NCBI GenBank assembly: GCA_964611445.1
Contig: CAZSYZ010000004.1
Location: 1 to 33,016, forward strand
Source of the DNA: an uncultured archaeon
GTDB lineage: Archaea > Aenigmatarchaeota > Aenigmatarchaeia > QMZP01 > JAFGSV01
Length of the DNA: 33,016 nucleotides
Direction: 5' to 3'
Under the pieces are notes generated by a model, which saw nothing but the letters and a program-made list of their open reading frames with translations, had not been told where the DNA came from and searched no databases. Below are positions 8,682-15,733 of this stretch, in pieces (position 1 is the stretch's first letter; every line of letters begins with the position of its first letter). A program made the position numbers and the translations under genes.

Positions 8682-8800
8682 TTTTCAGAACCGCGCGGAA
8701 GCGTACACCCTTTCATTGACGCTTTTGCGCTTATCTGCGCACCCGCGTCAGCGTACTTTCCGCGAACGCTTTTGCATGTTTACTTATGCAAAAGGGTTCA
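8682..8800 (-). other. tRNA intron 2 (119 nt, non-canonical position 59/60 in the T-loop)
   Basis: The T-stem is followed by a 3 nt bulge (AA|U), then a 4 bp helix UUCG/UGAA (one GU), then a 3 nt bulge (AA|U), then outer helix GAACC/GGUUC. The interior has further hairpins (UUUUGCAU..AUGCAAAA, GCGC-AGAUAA-GCGC, CGCGGAA..UUCCGCG). The exact boundary is ambiguous by 1-3 nt because of sequence redundancy. Confidence 0.65.
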
Positions 8801-8822
8801 TTCGAACCCTCAACCTGCCGGT

Positions 8823-8864
8823 ATCTTCCCACGCTTTTACTCAAGCTTTTTCTAAAAGCTTGGT
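8823..8864 (-). other. tRNA intron 1 (42 nt, canonical position 37/38)
   Basis: The anticodon stem is followed by a 3 nt bulge (AU|A), then a 4 bp helix CUUC/GAAG, then a 3 nt bulge (GG|A), then outer helix CCA/UGG. The intron also contains hairpin AGCUUUU-AGA-AAAAGCU. Confidence 0.75.
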
Positions 8865-8925
8865 CCGAAGCCGGCCGCAATATCCAGGTTATGCTACGGG
8901 CCCACATGATAAAATAAGCGAATTG

Positions 8926-8934
8926 AAATAAAAA
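8926..8934 (-). promoter_or_regulatory. TATA-like box for the tRNA-Arg gene
   Basis: The minus strand reads TTTTTATTT, 23-31 nt upstream of tRNA position 1. This is the usual archaeal TATA spacing. Confidence 0.45.
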
Positions 8935-9053
8935 GCTCCCTTAGTTTCTGGAGCTCCCTTTAGGGACACTATTCCCTTAATAAAGCCTTAAGTCAATTAT
9001 ATTTGTTATTGTTCAATTTCTGGGAGAATGGGCAATACCGGAGAGGAAAGAAA

Positions 9054-9266
9054 ATGTCCAACCTGTTTGCAGAGAGGAAGTTGGTCTTCAGGCCGATGGA
9101 ACAGTTTGATGTTGACATCAGGGGTATGGATAGGGAAGAGAAACTGGAACGGATAAATTATTTTGCAAGGGATGATCATTTTGAAGTGAAGTTTAAAGGA
9201 TTCATCCACATGCTGGACAGTTTCTCTGTTAAAAGGGGCGAATGGGTAGAAGTCGAAGACAGATGA
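9054..9266 (+). CDS. Small hypothetical protein (70 aa)
   Basis: ATG at 9054 preceded by GGAGAGGAAAG. Charged soluble sequence, no motif recognised. Confidence 0.4.
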   Translation: MSNLFAERKLVFRPMEQFDVDIRGMDREEKLERINYFARDDHFEVKFKGFIHMLDSFSVKRGEWVEVEDR

Positions 9267-9455
9267 ATAAAGGCGAGAAATTTCTTTTGTGAGTCAGGTC
9301 CTGAAAATATATCTGTGCAGCACTTACGAGGGGCTTCCCCACGCGAAGAACCAGTAAAAATAGTTATACAGATGTTCACCTTCTGCATCCCCGTACTCAA
9401 AATCAATTTATGATAGCAAACACAAAATTAATCACTAATGAAATGATGATAAATT

Positions 9456-9644
9456 ATGAATAGAAAGCAGGTGCTTGGACTGGTTTTTGCAATATTCGGG
9501 GCATCCATGATGGCACAGGTTTTCGGTGTCATCATAGACTGTTCAAATATCGTCTGCACCCCGTTTTCAGGCATATTGACCATTCTTCTTACCGTTATCG
9601 CCTTACTGTCAATAATTTTTGGCTACGACAATATTGTGAAATGA
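9456..9644 (+). CDS. Small membrane protein (62 aa, two predicted TM helices)
   Basis: Two hydrophobic stretches: VLGLVFAIFGASMMAQVFGVII and ILTILLTVIALLSIIFG. Confidence 0.45.
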   Translation: MNRKQVLGLVFAIFGASMMAQVFGVIIDCSNIVCTPFSGILTILLTVIALLSIIFGYDNIVK

Positions 9645-9647
9645 TTC

Positions 9648-9712
9648 TCAAGGATACACCCTGCTTATGGTCCGCGGGAATGTTACTCAGTCCGCTGTTC
9701 GGGTGTCCGTCT
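9648..9712 (-). pseudogene. Displaced, decaying copy of the asnS 3' end
   Basis: The minus strand reads D*VTFPRTISRVYP* against the live tail DCIAFPRTISRVYP*. In-frame TGA at 9689-9687 replaces TGC. Contains the 31 nt identical core 9650-9680. It lies 3 nt from the stop of the convergent 9456-9644 ORF. Confidence 0.75.
9650..9680. repeat. Direct repeat core, copy B (asnS tail remnant)
   Basis: AAGGATACACCCTGCTTATGGTCCGCGGGAA is identical to 10779-10809 by manual alignment. Confidence 0.9.
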
Positions 9713-9735
9713 GCCTGACGGAACAATTCTGGGAT

Positions 9736-9924
9736 TCACTTCTTTTCAAGTATGTTGCGCCTTTTCTCTACTGCCGCAGCAAGGGCCTCTATCTCCTTCT
9801 CGTAGTATTCGGCGAGGCCTATGTCGCCTGATTCCTTCGCGGTTTCAAGCTTCTTCCTGTGTATTTCTATCTGCTTTTTCAGGGATTCAATCCCTTTCAG
9901 CAGCCTTTTCTTTCTTTTCGGCAT
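9736..9924 (-). CDS. Small coiled-coil protein (62 aa)
   Basis: MPKRKKRLLKGIESLKKQIEIHRKKLE.. is Lys/Glu-rich with heptad character. Overlaps the 3' end of the upstream NTase gene by 38 nt in another frame. Confidence 0.4.
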   Translation of the reverse strand: MPKRKKRLLKGIESLKKQIEIHRKKLETAKESGDIGLAEYYEKEIEALAAAVEKRRNILEKK

Positions 9925-10693
9925 CTTTCAGCAGCTCCTCAAACAGGCCAATAGCCTTGGCGATGGTCTGCCCGTCGAATTCACACCTCTTCGGTTTTCT
10001 TCCATCCCTTACCCCCCTGTAGCGGTCTATGAGCTTAATAGAATCGCCCTTTGTTATCCCTTTCTTTTTCAGCGACTCTTCCAGTATCTTATGGGAGTAG
10101 TTTCTCTTTTCTGTGATGCATTTTATGAGAAGCATCTCCTTTATGCGCATTAAGATGGGATATACGAGGTCGCCTTGGTTTCCACCGGTTTCATACAGGC
10201 TTCTTATGACATTGAGGGACGAACGCGCGAGCCCCAGCCTCTCCCTGAACCCCCTTCCATTCTTCAGCGGCCTGAGTTCGGAAATGAAGCTTTCATTGAA
10301 CAGTATCCTGGATCCTTCTATGGTGTCTCTCATTATGATGTCATTTTCTGCCGCATTCATCAGCTCCTGCCTCTCCATCACCCTTATGTCATAATTCATG
10401 TCTTTCAGCTCCTTTGGAATTTTCATGCTTTTTGCATGTGCGTCCGTGACGACTATTACGTCTATGTCCGACCCCTCAGTCTGCTCGTTTCTCGCATAAG
10501 AACCGTACAGCAGGATGCTTACGACATGTTTCATGTTTTCCGCCAGCGCGAGCGGAAGGTCCTTCTCCGGTTCTGCCGGTCTTGACAGGAGTCTTACCTC
10601 TGCCTGTCCGCCAATCCACGAGGAAGGGACATACACGCCGCCTGAATTCCCGTACTTTTTTACAGTTTTCGTCACGACTTCTGGTGAAATCAT
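9887..10693 (-). CDS. AbrB/SpoVT-like DNA-binding domain fused to a minimal nucleotidyltransferase domain and a C-terminal helical (HEPN-like?) domain
   Basis: N-terminus VKKYGNSGGVYVPSSWIG is AbrB/MazE-like. NTase signature LLYGSYARNEQTEGSDIDVIVV. The helical C-terminal half has only an Rx3H (RNYSH), so HEPN assignment is tentative. Confidence 0.8.
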   Translation of the reverse strand: MISPEVVTKTVKKYGNSGGVYVPSSWIGGQAEVRLLSRPAEPEKDLPLALAENMKHVVSILLYGSYARNEQTEGSDIDVIVVTDAHAKSMKIPKELKDMNYDIRVMERQELMNAAENDIIMRDTIEGSRILFNESFISELRPLKNGRGFRERLGLARSSLNVIRSLYETGGNQGDLVYPILMRIKEMLLIKCITEKRNYSHKILEESLKKKGITKGDSIKLIDRYRGVRDGRKPKRCEFDGQTIAKAIGLFEELLKDAEKKEKAAERD

Positions 10694-10776
10694 GTATATA
10701 CATAGTATATACTCATTTATAAGCTTATCCCAAGGACACTAAAGTAGGATTCAGAAAAAGGTGTCAAGTCGGAAGC

Positions 10777-12060
10777 CTAAGGATACACCCTGCTTATGGT
10801 CCGCGGGAACGCTATGCAGTCCCTTATGTGGTCCACGCTGCATATCCACTGGGTAAGCCTCTCGACGCCGAGCCCGAAGCCCGCGTGCGGGACCGAACCG
10901 AACTTCCTGACGTCCATGTACCAGCCGTAGTTCGCGGGGTCGGCGCCTTCCCTCTTCAGGTTCGCCAGAATCTTCTTCGGGTCAACTTCCCTTGCGGAGC
11001 CTCCTATCAGTTCGCCGCCGGACTCGCCCGGAGCTATGAGGTCCGCGTTGAGGACGGTCTTTTTGTCTTTCGGGTTCTCCAGCATGTAGAAGGGCCTCGC
11101 CTCCTTGGGCCAGTTGGTTATGAAGAACGGCTTCCTGAAGTGCTCCGAGAGCGCCCTGAGCTGCAGGTCCGTCACGTCGTCGCCCCATTTCATCCTGACG
11201 TCCTTCTTCCTCATCATTTCGGTCAGCTCCCTGTACGTTATCCTTCTGAACGGAGGCTTGACACCCGAAAGCATCTTCACGTCCGCGCCCAGCTCCTGCA
11301 GCTCCTTTTTGTGCTTCTTCAGACACGCCTGCACTACGTGCGATACCAGCTCCTCCTGGAGCTTCAGGGAGTCCTCGTGGTCAATCCATGCGGCCTCGGC
11401 CTCCGCGTGCCAGTACTCCGCGAGGTGGTGCCTCGTCCTGCTCTTCTCGGACCTGAAGCTCGGCGCTATGCAGTATATGTTCTCGAGGGACGCTATGAGA
11501 GCTTCGGCGTGCAGCTGCCACGACTGCGTCAGGTAGGCCTTCTCTCCGAAGTACCTCATCTCGAACAGCGTGGAGCCTCCCTCACAGGCCATCTTGGTTA
11601 TCGAGGGCGACTGTATCTCGAAGAAGCCACGGGACCTGAAGAACTCATGTATGGCGCCGAGAATGGTCGACCTGACCTTGAATATCTTCAGCAGTTTCTG
11701 GCTCCTCACCCACAGGTGCCTGTTGTCCAGCAGCAGTTCGGGGCTCTGCTGCTCCTTTATGGGGAAGTCTTCTGCAAACCCGACGACCCTGAAATCGGTA
11801 ACATGAACCTCGTAGCCTCCGGGGGCCCGCTCGTCCTTCCTCACATTGCCCGTGAGTTCCACTGATGACTCGATCAGCGCCTTCTGCGCGTCCTTGAAGC
11901 CTTTCACGCCCTCCTTCACCACGCACTGGACTATGCCCGTGGAATCCCTGAGAACCACGAAGGAAATGTCCTTCCCGGACCTGGTCCTGTATATCCATCC
12001 CTTCAGGAGCACTTCCCTCCCGGCCTTCTTTCCGATATCGGCTATGACAGTCCTTTCCAT
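10777..12060 (-). CDS. asnS: Asparaginyl-tRNA synthetase (class IIb)
   Basis: N-terminal OB fold. LLLDNRHLWVRS. Motif 2 FRSEKSRTRHHLAEYWHAEAE. YGWYMDVRKFGSVPHAGFGLGVERL motif 3 region. About 427 aa. AspRS cannot be fully excluded without alignment. Confidence 0.8.
   Translation of the reverse strand: MERTVIADIGKKAGREVLLKGWIYRTRSGKDISFVVLRDSTGIVQCVVKEGVKGFKDAQKALIESSVELTGNVRKDERAPGGYEVHVTDFRVVGFAEDFPIKEQQSPELLLDNRHLWVRSQKLLKIFKVRSTILGAIHEFFRSRGFFEIQSPSITKMACEGGSTLFEMRYFGEKAYLTQSWQLHAEALIASLENIYCIAPSFRSEKSRTRHHLAEYWHAEAEAAWIDHEDSLKLQEELVSHVVQACLKKHKKELQELGADVKMLSGVKPPFRRITYRELTEMMRKKDVRMKWGDDVTDLQLRALSEHFRKPFFITNWPKEARPFYMLENPKDKKTVLNADLIAPGESGGELIGGSAREVDPKKILANLKREGADPANYGWYMDVRKFGSVPHAGFGLGVERLTQWICSVDHIRDCIAFPRTISRVYP
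10779..10809. repeat. Direct repeat core, copy A (live asnS tail)
   Basis: Identical to 9650-9680. Decayed similarity continues for roughly 30 more nt into the gene. Confidence 0.9.
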
Positions 12061-12099
12061 AAGTCTAAATTCGCTCCCGATGATTAAAAAGCATAACGC

Positions 12100-13218
12100 T
12101 CAGGTGCCGTCCCATTTCCTTATGACGGTGAGCACGGCTTCGGTTGTTCTGTGCAGGTCTTCTATGGCACAGTACTCGTCCTTCTGATGAGCGACCGATA
12201 TGTCTCCCGGGCCAAGAGCGAATGTTCCTATCCCCGCGAAATTATGAAGTATGCCGCCGTCCACCCTGGCAGTCTTGAAATAAGGCCTGGGCTCGCAGTT
12301 GATAGATGTTATTGCATCCTTGCACATTTCCAGGAATTCCTTATCTTCAAACAGGTAACCTCCGATGACCATCCTTTCCTTCAGAACATAATCTTTCCCC
12401 AGTGAATCCTTGCACAGGGAATCAATATTTTCAAGAACTTCCTCAGGCTTGTCATCCGGTAACAGACGGCTGTTGAGCGTCATCGTGCATTTCCCGGGTA
12501 CGACGTTCCCGCCTTCCCTGGCCCATATCTCTGTCACCACAAGGCTGTTCTCTATCCTTTCTCCGGTAAGATTGACTATGATATTCCTCTTCGGGAACTT
12601 GTCGATGTTCAGAAGCAGTTTTGGGACCTTGTAGATTGCATTGTCTGCGTGCTGGGGATAACCGCTGTGACCTTTCTTTCCAAGCACATCGAGCTCATAG
12701 AAACCGTTCCCTCTGCAGCCTAATGCAATACCTATGGTTTTCCCCTGGGTAGTGGGTTCCAATACCAGACCCTTTTCGACACCCTTCAGCCTCGGGAGAA
12801 TCTTGTAGACCCCGTTACGCTTGAGGGGATGATTCTCCTCGAATGCCGTGAAAGTGAAGACCACTCTCTTCTCTGTGGGCTCCTTCTTCAGCAGCCTCGC
12901 AATCTCGAGCATCGAGGCTATACCTGCCTTGCAGTCGGAAGCGCCGCGCCCGTAAAGCTTCCCGTCAACGATTTCGCCTCCCAGCGGGTCGTGCTTCCAG
13001 CCCTCGCCGGGCTCGACCGTGTCCATGTGCGCATTGAGGATGAAGCCGGGGCCTTTCCCGATCTCCGCTATGAGGTTCCCGTCATCATCGGACCAGACCT
13101 TGTAACCGAGACCCTCCAACTCATTCTTTACCCATCTTGAGACCCCGAGCGAGTCCCTGGAGCTGGGTATCTTCACGAGGCTCTGTAGGTTTCTCACGAG
13201 CCTTTTCCTGTCAGCCAA
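12100..13218 (-). CDS. M20-family metallopeptidase / deacylase (ArgE/DapE/LysK type)
   Basis: ILNAHMDTVEPG..W..DP.., KLYGRGASDCKAGIASML, and a dimerisation-domain insert. Typical M20 layout. Confidence 0.85.
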   Translation of the reverse strand: MADRKRLVRNLQSLVKIPSSRDSLGVSRWVKNELEGLGYKVWSDDDGNLIAEIGKGPGFILNAHMDTVEPGEGWKHDPLGGEIVDGKLYGRGASDCKAGIASMLEIARLLKKEPTEKRVVFTFTAFEENHPLKRNGVYKILPRLKGVEKGLVLEPTTQGKTIGIALGCRGNGFYELDVLGKKGHSGYPQHADNAIYKVPKLLLNIDKFPKRNIIVNLTGERIENSLVVTEIWAREGGNVVPGKCTMTLNSRLLPDDKPEEVLENIDSLCKDSLGKDYVLKERMVIGGYLFEDKEFLEMCKDAITSINCEPRPYFKTARVDGGILHNFAGIGTFALGPGDISVAHQKDEYCAIEDLHRTTEAVLTVIRKWDGT

Positions 13219-13765
13219 TGTCCTTCACCATTATCAGTTCATCGTAGTATTTTCCGCGTAGCCTGCATCCGCACGGTATCCTTCCCGCCACACTGTAGCC
13301 GCATTTCTCGTAGAGACTGCGCGCCGCCGCGTTCTTCTCGTAGACCGAGAACGAGATGACCCCGCACTTCAGCCTCTCCGCCGCAAGCCTCTCAAGCATC
13401 ATCATGAGCCGGTAGCCTATGCCCTTCCTCCTCTCGGAGTTCAGGCCTATGCCGAGGTCTGCCTTGTGGTAATGCGCAGGCAGGACGCCTTTCCATACCG
13501 TACCTATGCCGATGATTTTACCTTGCATCTCCGCAACGACGGTGACCCTCTTCCCTTCCCTGTTTTCCTTCAGCTCGTTACGCAGCCATTTCCTTTCCTC
13601 TTCGAGCGTCCCCTCCTTCTCAAAACCTATGTACGCCTTCTCCCTGATGAGCGTGTTGATGTGATTCAGGCAGCCTTTCAGGTCCTTCCTCTTCAGCGCC
13701 CTGAACATCACCTTCTTCCCCCCGGCCGTGAATTCCCTGAAGACCTCGCCTTCCCTGAATTTCAT
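13211..13765 (-). CDS. GNAT-family N-acetyltransferase
   Basis: Acetyl-CoA binding region RRKGIGYRLMMMLERLA and ..NAAARSLYEKCGYSVAG. Confidence 0.85.
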   Translation of the reverse strand: MKFREGEVFREFTAGGKKVMFRALKRKDLKGCLNHINTLIREKAYIGFEKEGTLEEERKWLRNELKENREGKRVTVVAEMQGKIIGIGTVWKGVLPAHYHKADLGIGLNSERRKGIGYRLMMMLERLAAERLKCGVISFSVYEKNAAARSLYEKCGYSVAGRIPCGCRLRGKYYDELIMVKDIG

Positions 13766-14331
13766 TCTTCCCCCTCCCCGAAAACGAAATCATCCATTTT
13801 CACGCCCTTCTCCCCGCAGTGCTTCCTGAACAAATACCCATAGCTCTTTGTAATCGCGTCCTTCATGTCGAGCCCGAGCTTCCCGGCAGTTTCCCTGATA
13901 CCTTCTTCTGTCCCCTCGATCTCCATGAAATTTCCTATCAGGGGCATCACATCCAGAAGTATCCCCACGTCGCCGAGCTCCCATGTCTGCCTCTTCTTCT
14001 CGTACACGAAGGCGGGCCTGTAACCGACAGCCTCCAGCAGCTTCTTCCCGGTCCCGAAGCTGCCTATCATCACTATGGTCTCTTCCCTGACCTTGAAGCC
14101 CTTCGGGGCGTTTCCGGACTTCCTCTTATGCGTTATGTCGGCCTTTCCGGCATAGGACCTCAGCCTCAGCAGTTCGTCTCTCTCTTCGATGCCGCGCCCG
14201 CCGTACGTTATATTCCTCTCGAGCCCCGAATTGACCATCCTCGCTCCTATTTTCCTGAGCTTCACGGCCACGGCTGAAGGGTCGCCTATCCTGAACTTCA
14301 CCTCTATTTCGAGCCCCTTTTCCGTATTCAT
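13762..14331 (-). CDS. CYTH domain protein (class IV adenylate cyclase / triphosphatase-like)
   Basis: N-terminal EIEVKFR signature (ExExK). LRLRS and later acidic/basic strand pattern. About 189 aa. Confidence 0.8.
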   Translation of the reverse strand: MNTEKGLEIEVKFRIGDPSAVAVKLRKIGARMVNSGLERNITYGGRGIEERDELLRLRSYAGKADITHKRKSGNAPKGFKVREETIVMIGSFGTGKKLLEAVGYRPAFVYEKKRQTWELGDVGILLDVMPLIGNFMEIEGTEEGIRETAGKLGLDMKDAITKSYGYLFRKHCGEKGVKMDDFVFGEGEE

Positions 14332-14338
14332 GCCATCA

Positions 14339-15733
14339 CTACTCCTGCACGTATTCCCTCCCGCTTTTTAGCGCCTCCTCCGCCCTTGCCAGTTCCTTCC
14401 CGAGGTAGGCCGCATGCTCATGCCTTGAGACGAGCCCCTCGTGTATTATCATCTTGTAGATGTCCTCGGCCTTCTTCCCGCGGAACGCGAAGTCAGTCTT
14501 GGTGTGGTTCGGGAGCAGATGCCTGACATGTATCCCGCCGTCCCCCACGCTTATCGTGAAATACCCGAGCCTGTCCTCCCTGAACGGCTTCTTCTTGCCT
14601 GTGAAGTAATGGCTTATGGTTTCCCTGGCCTGGCCGTAGTTGTTCTCGTAGATGTGCGCAGAGTTGGAGATTATGGTCATATGGCCCGGCTCGGTCCCGA
14701 GTTCACCGGCCATCCTCTTCTGCAGCTCCCTGAGCGCGAAGGCGTTCATCGGCCACCCGCTGAACATGTCATGGGAACGGAAGACGGCCGTCTGGAAGAG
14801 CTTGCCGTACTTCATGTTCCAGGTTATCTGGGTCAGGCAGGGAGGGCTGCTTGACATGCTGTCCTCCCTGACGTACCACGTGAACGCCGCGGCCCTCCTG
14901 GTGTGCGGGGCCCTCCTCAGGTGGTTGAGCGCGTTCTCGATCTGGTCGAACGTCGCGTGCGCCTCCTTCTCCCATTTCTCCTCGGAGCCCGACATGATGT
15001 ACTCGAAGAGCCTCTTCCCGTACGTGTAGCTGAGGCCCTTGCCGGAGCCCGTGCCAAAGAAGGTCTCGTAGTACTTGTCAATCTCGTCCCTGCCGAAAGG
15101 GAGCCACTCCTCTATGTCGCCTTCGTCGTCTATCACGGCCATTACGTTGAGCACCTCCCTCTGGGGGACGTCGTGCTCGCTCTTCTTCTCCTCGCCGAAT
15201 TTCATCACTATGTCTATTATCCTGAGCCAGGCGTCCGCTATGTCGTCCCCCTCTACCCTGAACCCGGAAACATCCTTTACGGCCAGCGCCCCTGCCGTCT
15301 CCCGGGTTTCCTTCACGTGCACGGGCTTGGACCAGGGTGGCTTCCTACCGAGCGAATCAATCCTGGCGGAGACCCCCTCCTCATTGCCTCTCATGTCTAT
15401 GAGCTCCACGTTCTCCCTTACTCTCCCGACGAAATCCCTCAGCCGGCGGTCGATGACCACCCTGGAACCCGGCACGTTCCCGTCGCCATCCACGCCCTTC
15501 CCGAAGAGGTTTTTCAGGTCGTCCCCGCTTCCCGTCCTGTCGTTCCCGCACATCATGAGGTACCTTACGTTCGGGTTCGCGAGAAGTGTCCTGAGCATGT
15601 GGTTTATGCCGTTGCCGGAATACAGGTTGCCCTTTATCGCGTACTTATCTCTGGGTACATCGACCTTTGCTGCCTGCGTCCACAGCGTGCATATGGCCAC
15701 GTTGCTCTCGGGATTGCTCACGTCGACTTTCAC
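14339..15733 (-). CDS. thyA: Thymidylate synthase (ThyA-type) C-terminal domain fused to a ~200 aa N-terminal domain
   Basis: The C-terminal half has HTRRAAAF, SPPCLTQITW (catalytic Cys), FRSHDMFSGWPMNAFAL and SNSAHIYENN. The N-terminal half (NVAICTLWT..RYLMMCGNDRTGSG) resembles MtrA-like/DUF4346 modules. Confidence 0.8.
   Translation of the reverse strand: MKVDVSNPESNVAICTLWTQAAKVDVPRDKYAIKGNLYSGNGINHMLRTLLANPNVRYLMMCGNDRTGSGDDLKNLFGKGVDGDGNVPGSRVVIDRRLRDFVGRVRENVELIDMRGNEEGVSARIDSLGRKPPWSKPVHVKETRETAGALAVKDVSGFRVEGDDIADAWLRIIDIVMKFGEEKKSEHDVPQREVLNVMAVIDDEGDIEEWLPFGRDEIDKYYETFFGTGSGKGLSYTYGKRLFEYIMSGSEEKWEKEAHATFDQIENALNHLRRAPHTRRAAAFTWYVREDSMSSSPPCLTQITWNMKYGKLFQTAVFRSHDMFSGWPMNAFALRELQKRMAGELGTEPGHMTIISNSAHIYENNYGQARETISHYFTGKKKPFREDRLGYFTISVGDGGIHVRHLLPNHTKTDFAFRGKKAEDIYKMIIHEGLVSRHEHAAYLGKELARAEEALKSGREYVQE

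Larger units (their letters stand above)
8668..8903 (-). tRNA. tRNA-Arg (anticodon UCG) with two introns; 75 nt mature, no encoded CCA
   Basis: Hand-folded on the minus strand. Acceptor GGGCCCG/CGGGCUC (one GU). U8, G10, A14, G18G19 and A21 are present. Anticodon stem GCCGG/CCGGC. Loop CUUCGGA with anticodon at 8868-8866. T-stem GAGGG/CCCUU. T-loop UUCGAAU. Discriminator A. Both introns sit in helix-bulge-helix-bulge-helix motifs (see findings). Confidence 0.8.
9713..10776 (-). mobile_element. Putative integrated ~1.06 kb nucleotidyltransferase cassette lacking any recombinase gene
   Basis: Block lying exactly between the asnS stop codon (10777-10779) and the remnant asnS tail. It has its own TATA-like box (CTTATAAATG) about 27 nt upstream of the 10693 start. 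Confidence 0.45.

Noticed and set aside
8667-8931. Track ORFs 8667-8855 and 8716-8931 (+)
   Set aside because: They lie antisense over the intron-containing tRNA-Arg gene and have no coding character.
10828-11865. 345 aa + strand ORF inside asnS. Similar long ORFs occur at 1765-2961, 2487-3095, 4121-4936, 4873-5628, 14903-15862, 15075-15746 and 31006-32055.
   Set aside because: All overlap well-supported genes on the opposite strand or in another frame. All have Arg/Pro/Gly/Leu-rich, motif-free translations, so they are shadow ORFs.
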